A stretch of DNA of 64,000 nt from Ignavibacteriales bacterium (lineage in GTDB: Bacteria > Bacteroidota > Ignavibacteria > UBA10030 > UBA6906): NCBI GenBank assembly GCA_037441705.1, contig JBBIRR010000002.1, positions 32,001 to 96,000 on the forward strand, written 5' to 3'. The notes beneath the pieces were generated by a model. That model searched no databases, was not told the DNA's origin, and saw only the letters and a program-made list of their open reading frames with translations. The translations under genes were made by a program, and so were the position numbers. How positions within the stretch are numbered: the stretch's first letter is position 1; each line of letters opens with the position of its first letter. This document shows, piece after piece, positions 57,160 through 64,000 of this stretch.

Positions 57160-57579
57160 ATGGCTATCGAACGCACACTTGCAATTCTCAAGCCGGATTG
57201 TGTACGGAAAAATCTTCAGGGCGAAGTTCTCGCGCGGATACAGAAGGCCGGCTTCAAGATTCTCAGCATGAAACAGATGCGGCTGACCCGAGAAATGGCC
57301 GGTGCCTTCTATGCCGTGCACAAAGGTCGGCCTTTCTACGACGGGCTGGTGGAGTTCATGTCGAGCGGGCCCTGCGTCCCGATCGCGCTGGAGAAGGAAA
57401 ACGCCGTGGCGGAGTTCCGGACCCTCATCGGTGCAACCGATCCGAAAGAGGCCGCCGAAGGAACCATCCGCAAACTCTTCGCCGACAATAAAGGCGAGAA
57501 CATCGTCCACGGCTCGGACTCGCCGGAGAACGGCAGAATTGAGGTGGCGTTCTTTTTCAGTGAGAGTGAGCTTGTGTAA
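57160..57579 (+). CDS. ndk: Nucleoside diphosphate kinase
   Basis: [27 protein letters not shown]. Confidence 0.97.
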   Translation: MAIERTLAILKPDCVRKNLQGEVLARIQKAGFKILSMKQMRLTREMAGAFYAVHKGRPFYDGLVEFMSSGPCVPIALEKENAVAEFRTLIGATDPKEAAEGTIRKLFADNKGENIVHGSDSPENGRIEVAFFFSESELV

Positions 57580-57656
57580 AGGTTGGTCAGGCATCATGGT
57601 TCATCGGGAGGATGGCGTGCGTCCTCCCATTTTTTTCCTCAGCTCAGAAGGTCGTC

Positions 57657-58205
57657 ATGTCACTTTCACCGTGGAAGAAACTCACCGAAGAAACGTTGTT
57701 CAAGAATAGGTGGTGGACCTACAAGCGCGATACGTACCAATTGCCCAACGGCACCGTGGGAGAGTACAACTACGTTCACATCGGCGGCTCGGCGATGATT
57801 GTTCCGATCATGAGCGATGGACGAGTACTGATGGTGAACCAGTATCGCTATCTCAATAGCCGGGAGAGCCTGGAGTTTCCGTGCGGTGGAGTGAAGGAAG
57901 GCATGTCGTACGACGAAACCGCATGGCACGAGCTTGCAGAAGAGACGGGCTATTCCTCCAACCGCTTTTTCCTTGCCGGCGAATTCAATCCCTACAACGG
58001 CGTGACGAACGAAATCTGCAGGGTGTACATCGCACGCGAGCTGTATTCTGTCGGCAGCAGGCCCGATGAGACCGAGGAGTTCGAGCTTGTGCCGTTGACC
58101 CCGGACGAGATTGATGCAAAGATTCGCAGCGGGGAGATTTGGGATGGAATGACCATCGCCGCGTGGTGTATCGTGAAGACCGGCCTGCGCACGCTGTCCT
58201 CCTGA
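57657..58205 (+). CDS. NUDIX hydrolase (ADP-ribose pyrophosphatase-like)
   Basis: [19 protein letters not shown] Nudix box. Confidence 0.9.
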   Translation: MSLSPWKKLTEETLFKNRWWTYKRDTYQLPNGTVGEYNYVHIGGSAMIVPIMSDGRVLMVNQYRYLNSRESLEFPCGGVKEGMSYDETAWHELAEETGYSSNRFFLAGEFNPYNGVTNEICRVYIARELYSVGSRPDETEEFELVPLTPDEIDAKIRSGEIWDGMTIAAWCIVKTGLRTLSS

Positions 58206-58233
58206 AACGGAAGTCGCTGCCCGAACCCAGCGG

Positions 58234-59489
<1,256 letters not shown>

Positions 59490-59493
<4 letters not shown>

Positions 59494-60101
59494 TTCTTTG
59501 GCTCTTTCTCTTTCTTGAAGTAAACGACGTCGATCAAACCGTATGCCTTTGCCTCCTCGGCAGCGAGGTACCGGTCGCGGTCGGTATCCCGCTCGATCGT
59601 CTCGATCGGCTGTCCGGTGTGATGCGCAAGGATTTGGTTCAAGCGTTTCTTTGTCTTGAGGATTTCTTCGGCCTGAATGCTGATGTCCGATGCCGTTCCC
59701 TGCACACCACCCCAGGGCTGGTGGATCATGATGCGGGAGTTTGGCAGCGCAGCGCGCTTGCCCTTCGTGCCGCCTGCCAGCAGAACGGCGCCCATGCTTG
59801 CCGCCATGCCGATGCAGATGGTTGCCACATCGGGCCGAATGTATTGCATCGTGTCGTAAATGGCCAGACCCGAGGCGACATTGCCGCCCGGGGTGTTGAT
59901 GTAGAGACTGATGTCTTTATCGGGATCTTCCGATTCGAGAAACAGCAGCTGTGCGATCACGAGGCTGGCAACGGTATCGTCAATCGGCGTTCCGATGAAC
60001 ACGATTCTCTCCTTCAGCAGGCGGGAGAAAATGTCATACGCACGCTCTCCGCGTCCCGTTTGTTCTACCACCATCGGCACCAATTGATTGAAGAACTTCA
60101 T
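59490..60101 (-). CDS. clpP: ATP-dependent Clp protease proteolytic subunit
   Basis: [28 protein letters not shown]. Confidence 0.98.
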
Positions 60102-60143
60102 CCGCTATCCTTTCCGTTGTGCTGTCTGAATCTACAAAAGAAC

Positions 60144-61424
60144 TTACTTCTCTTCGAGGTGATCGACAACTTTCTCCGTCACACGCGCATGCTCTTTCAG
60201 GAGGGCCATCAGTTTCGACGAAAGCACGCGTTCGGTCGGGGCATTCGACGTTCGGTAGTACTGCAGCAGCCGCTCCTTGTCGAGGCCGAGCGATGCAGCA
60301 TCCGCCGCCGCCATCCGATCCACATCCTCTTCCGTCGCAACAAGCCCTTCTGCTTCGATGAGGCGCTCTCGGATAAGTGCCCATTTTGCCTGAAAGATTG
60401 CGTAGGGCCTGTTCTCCGCACGGAAACTCTCCTCGTTAAACCCACGGGGTAGCCGTCCATCCCGCGAACGATTCTTGATGTCTTCAACAAACGAGTCTAA
60501 GTAGAAGTTCACCAACGATTCGGGGACGGTGAACTCGTGCATGCGCACCAGCTCATTGATGATCGCCTGCTCCAGCATTCGTTCGGACTCCCGTGTCCAG
60601 TAGGCTTCAAGATCTCGCCGCAGCCTCTCGAGAAATCCCGCAGTGGTTGCCGTGCTTTCGCCCGTAATCTTCTGGACGAACTCGTCGTTGAATTCCGGCA
60701 GTTCCACTTTCTCGATGCGTTTGACGTACAGTTCGATATGATGCTGGTGCGTATGATCTCCATGGGCCGAAGCGAAGCGCACACGATATCTCTGCCCCAC
60801 TTCCGCATGGGCGAGAGCGTCGCGAACTTCCTGTACCAAACTCGTATCTGCTAACTCGAAGCGGGCATCCGGCGTCTTCCTGCCAATCAGCGGCATGCCG
60901 TCGTCGGCAAGGTCCTGCACGTCGGCTGTGACCACATGATTCTCGTTGTCGCGAACCAGCGTTACGCCGAGCATCGTAGCATTTGCCCTGCGGAGGCGTT
61001 CAATTTCGTGCTGGACTTCCTCTTCGGTGACATGATGCACCGGCTTCTCCACCGAAATCCCTTTGTAAGGCTTCAGGTCGAACGTCGGTTTGACTTCGTA
61101 TTGGATTTTGAAGCGGAAGTGCTGGCCCCGCTGGAAATCTCTGTTGACCATGGCCGGCTGGCCGATCGGCTCGATGTGTTTCTCTTCCATCGCCGAGCGG
61201 AACGAGTCATTGGCAATGTCGTCCAGCGCATCGTACTCAATGGCTTCGCCGTAGAGTTTCTTGATCATATCCAGCGGGACTTTGCCTTTACGGAAGCCTC
61301 GTACTTCGATCTCGGGCGCAACCTTCCTGTACGCGCGTTCAAAATGGGGTTGCAGCTCTTCGGCGGTGAGAAGAATTTCCGCCTCGTGCTGTACGTCTGA
61401 AATGGTATTGATGGTGACTTCCAC
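60144..61424 (-). CDS. tig: Trigger factor
   Basis: GFRKGKVP ribosome-binding motif; tig-clpP-clpX order. Confidence 0.93.
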   Translation of the reverse strand: MEVTINTISDVQHEAEILLTAEELQPHFERAYRKVAPEIEVRGFRKGKVPLDMIKKLYGEAIEYDALDDIANDSFRSAMEEKHIEPIGQPAMVNRDFQRGQHFRFKIQYEVKPTFDLKPYKGISVEKPVHHVTEEEVQHEIERLRRANATMLGVTLVRDNENHVVTADVQDLADDGMPLIGRKTPDARFELADTSLVQEVRDALAHAEVGQRYRVRFASAHGDHTHQHHIELYVKRIEKVELPEFNDEFVQKITGESTATTAGFLERLRRDLEAYWTRESERMLEQAIINELVRMHEFTVPESLVNFYLDSFVEDIKNRSRDGRLPRGFNEESFRAENRPYAIFQAKWALIRERLIEAEGLVATEEDVDRMAAADAASLGLDKERLLQYYRTSNAPTERVLSSKLMALLKEHARVTEKVVDHLEEK

Positions 61425-61452
61425 GATTCGCTTCCTTATTCGGCTTGCCGGG

Positions 61453-61534
61453 TGGGCATAGAGGGACTTGAACCCCCACGGATTGCTCCACTAGATCCTA
61501 AGTCTAGCGCGTCTGCCAATTCCGCCATATGCCC
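61453..61534 (-). tRNA. tRNA-Leu(TAG)
   Basis: GGGCATA/TATGCCC acceptor; CTAGA-CTTAGGA-TCTAG; long variable arm; GTTCAAG. Confidence 0.96.
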
Positions 61535-61608
61535 TGATTTTTCGCAATCAAGATAACGAATTTCGGAGGGACACACAAGAAAGCGGAAAAGGGGCGGCGG
61601 CAGGACTG

Positions 61609-63300
61609 CTACGGCAGCGGCAGCATCATCCGAATGGTCGTTCCTTTCCCGACGGCGGATTCGATTTCGATGGTGCCGTTGTGTTCATCAATAATTTTCT
61701 TCACGATGGCGAGGCCCAGACCGGTGCCGTGTTTCTTGCCTGTCGTGTAGAACGGCTCGAAAGCGCGCGCACGCACTTCGTCCGTCATGCCCGTGCCGGT
61801 GTCGGCGAACTCGATCAGCAGCTTATCGTTGCAGGTGCCGGTGCGAATGGTGAGCACTCCTCCGGAGGGCATCGCGTCGGCGGCGTTGCCCGCGAGGTTC
61901 TGAAACACGCGGAGCATTTTTTCGGTGTCCATCCGTGCCGCCCCCGCGTAGTCAAATTCTTTGACGACGGCGATCCCCTTCTTGGTCAAATCGCTCTCGA
62001 TGAACTGAAGCATGGGCGGAAGAATGTCCGCGAGAACGACATCTTCCACCTGCATCTCGCTGACGCCGCGAGAATAATCCAACACCTCCTGCGTCATGTT
62101 CACAAACCGGTCCACCTGCTTCATCATCATCTCTGCGATCTCTGCCGCTTCCTTGTTCTCGGTTTTTGCCTTGATGAGCTGGGCGTGGATTCGCATGGCC
62201 GCCATCGGGTTCTTGATGTCGTGAATGATGGAGCTTGCCATCCGCCCGATCGTGCTCAGCCGCTCGGTCTGCACTAATTCTTTGACCAGCCGCGCATTCT
62301 CCAGAGCAATCGCCGCGTGGACGGAGAACGCGTGGATGAATTCTTCGTCATCTTTCGTAAACGGACCGCCTCGTTTATTCAAGAGCTGGAACACGCCGAT
62401 GATCGTGCCGGTCTTGTCGTGCAGGGGCATGCACAGGACGTTTTGCGTTCTGTACCCGCTCTTCTTGTCGATCTCGGGATTGAAGCGCGGGTCCTTGTAG
62501 GCATCGGGGATATTGACCGTCTCTCCGGTTTTTGCCACGTACCCTGCAAGCCCTTTGCCCATCGGCATACGGATTTCGATCACTTCATTGCCGTTGGTGA
62601 CTTTCGACCAGAGTTCGTTTGTCGCGGGATCAATCAGGTAGAGTGTGCCGCGGTCGGCGCGGATGCTGGTGGTCGCCGCGGTCAGAATCACGCCCAGCAG
62701 CTCATCGCTGTTGAGCGTCGAGTTGACCGTTTTGGTTGCCTCGATCAGGAGATGCAACTTGTCCACCTGCGACTCGAACTCTGCCGTTTTGCGTTCCAGC
62801 TCCTGTACGAAGAGTTGATCGAGTGTACGCAGCCGCAGCGCTAAGCGCTGCAGCATATTTCGGGCGAACGGTTTGCTGCGATTGAGGAGGGTTTCGTAAT
62901 GCTCGTAGGCGAGACTGATGATGGTGGAGTCAGTTTCGGCAACGGCGCGTGCCGAACGCGGGAAATCGTCTATCAACGAGAGCTCGCCGAAGAAATCCCC
63001 CTCATGCAGAACGGCAAGAAGCGACTCTGTGCCCGTTTTCGTATATTTGATCACGTGAACCTTGCCTGTGAGGATGAGATAGAGATCTCGCTCCTTCGTC
63101 TGTTCGTCGAAAATGGTCTCGCCGCGCATGTAGTGATGTTGTTGGAGGTAAGGCGCTATCTCGCGCAGCACGCTCTGGCTCACGTTGACGAACAGAGCGT
63201 TCTTCTGGACAAGGTCGAGGAGTGCACCCGTGCTTGAGGCTTTGGGAGAGCCTCGGCGGTGAGCGGTTTTCTTGCGCCCCTTGTTTTTCAGTGTCGGCAT
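61609..63300 (-). CDS. Cytoplasmic sensor histidine kinase (cNMP-binding + GAF + HisKA + HATPase)
   Basis: GDFFGELSL...PRSA; GAF with NK..GPF; IIHDIKNP; N, DTG.G, F and GTGLGL boxes. Start placed at MPTLKNK. Confidence 0.9.
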   Translation of the reverse strand: MPTLKNKGRKKTAHRRGSPKASSTGALLDLVQKNALFVNVSQSVLREIAPYLQQHHYMRGETIFDEQTKERDLYLILTGKVHVIKYTKTGTESLLAVLHEGDFFGELSLIDDFPRSARAVAETDSTIISLAYEHYETLLNRSKPFARNMLQRLALRLRTLDQLFVQELERKTAEFESQVDKLHLLIEATKTVNSTLNSDELLGVILTAATTSIRADRGTLYLIDPATNELWSKVTNGNEVIEIRMPMGKGLAGYVAKTGETVNIPDAYKDPRFNPEIDKKSGYRTQNVLCMPLHDKTGTIIGVFQLLNKRGGPFTKDDEEFIHAFSVHAAIALENARLVKELVQTERLSTIGRMASSIIHDIKNPMAAMRIHAQLIKAKTENKEAAEIAEMMMKQVDRFVNMTQEVLDYSRGVSEMQVEDVVLADILPPMLQFIESDLTKKGIAVVKEFDYAGAARMDTEKMLRVFQNLAGNAADAMPSGGVLTIRTGTCNDKLLIEFADTGTGMTDEVRARAFEPFYTTGKKHGTGLGLAIVKKIIDEHNGTIEIESAVGKGTTIRMMLPLP

Positions 63301-63385
63301 GAACTCACGTGTGTCTGCGCTTGTGGCTGGCAAGCGTGTGGCGTTGGTGGCGGTAGTATAGAGAAATCGAAGAGGAATATCAAGA

Positions 63386-64000
63386 ATGCCAATGACCTCG
63401 CATCGTTCTGAGGACGTTGTGCTGCGAACAATCGAGCTTGGCAAGCGGTACGGGCGACGCTGGGCCGTACGCGAGGCGAGTCTTGAAGTGCGCCGCGGCG
63501 AAATCTTCGGCTTCCTCGGTCCCAACGGCGCCGGCAAGAGCACCACCATCCGCATGATTCTGTCGCTCGTCCATCCGACGCACGGCGAAGTACTGCTGTT
63601 CGAGAAACCTCTGCGGTCACATCGCGAAGAGGTGCTTGCGCGCGTCGGGGGACTGGTGGAGAGTGCCGAATTCTACGGATATCTCTCGGCGCGCAAGAAC
63701 TTAGAGATTGTCGGCGCGCTGCGCGGCGGCTGCTCCCGCGATCACATTGCGGAAGTTCTGGAACTCGTCGGACTGACACAGCGAGCGGACGACAAGGTAA
63801 AGACGTTCTCCCACGGCATGAAGCAACGTCTCGGCATCGCGCAGGCGCTGCTCGGCTGGCCTGAATTCATCGTTCTCGACGAACCGACGACGGGCCTCGA
63901 CCCCCAGGGCATCAAAGAAGTCCGCCATCTCATCAGGCAACTCTCCGCCGACCGCGCAATCACGATCTTTCTCTCTTCTCATCTCTTAAGCGAGATCGAG
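63386..64000 (+). CDS. ABC transporter ATP-binding protein (BcrA/DrrA-like), partial at the window edge
   Basis: Manual translation: FGFLGPNGAGKSTT, FSHGMKQRLG, VLDEPTTGLDP. Confidence 0.9.
   Translation, partial: MPMTSHRSEDVVLRTIELGKRYGRRWAVREASLEVRRGEIFGFLGPNGAGKSTTIRMILSLVHPTHGEVLLFEKPLRSHREEVLARVGGLVESAEFYGYLSARKNLEIVGALRGGCSRDHIAEVLELVGLTQRADDKVKTFSHGMKQRLGIAQALLGWPEFIVLDEPTTGLDPQGIKEVRHLIRQLSADRAITIFLSSHLLSEIE

Noticed and set aside
63301-63555. N-terminal extension of the histidine kinase given in the ORF track
   Set aside because: Largely the antisense of the divergent ABC ATPase start. Similar over-extended starts for hemerythrin, nosD, nosL, actF, ndk and purS were trimmed to motif- or RBS-supported codons.

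Overview
Bacterial chromosomal segment, GC-rich, most consistent with an Ignavibacteria/Chlorobi-like lineage of the FCB group. This is inferred from the Sec-type lipoprotein clade II NosZ, ACIII genes, GldL/GldM-like proteins, AGGAG ribosome-binding sites and TTGACA/TAnnnT promoters. Left to right: (1) a minus-strand CDP-alcohol phosphotransferase / PLP enzyme / cytidylyltransferase operon; (2) a very divergent Opp/Dpp-like ABC operon with two large accessory proteins; (3) an Rrf2-led ~15.7 kb N2O-respiration operon (hemerythrin, methyltransferase, DsrL/NfnB-like flavoprotein, Rieske, cytochrome b, pentaheme cytochrome c, nosZ-nosB-ywiC-nosDFLY, broken FGE-domain gene) interrupted by a decayed DUF5678/aspartyl-protease insert; (4) between tRNA-Arg and tRNA-Gln/Glu, an unannotated five-gene envelope operon whose first two products resemble a divergent GldL/GldM (type IX-type) proton motor, followed by two paralogous beta-barrel-like proteins and a separately promoted OmpA/TSP3 protein, which is the best candidate for an undescribed system; (5) a two-ArsR thiol/metalloid cluster with DUF318 permeases and a YlbF pair; (6) Moco genes divergent from a second Rrf2 and an internally deleted alternative complex III; (7) housekeeping genes (psd, pssA, purS, purQ, tatA x2, gatA, sucD, ndk, NUDIX, clpX, clpP, tig, tRNA-Leu), a cNMP-GAF histidine kinase and a partial ABC ATPase. 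All calls come from reading motifs by eye; no database searches were run.
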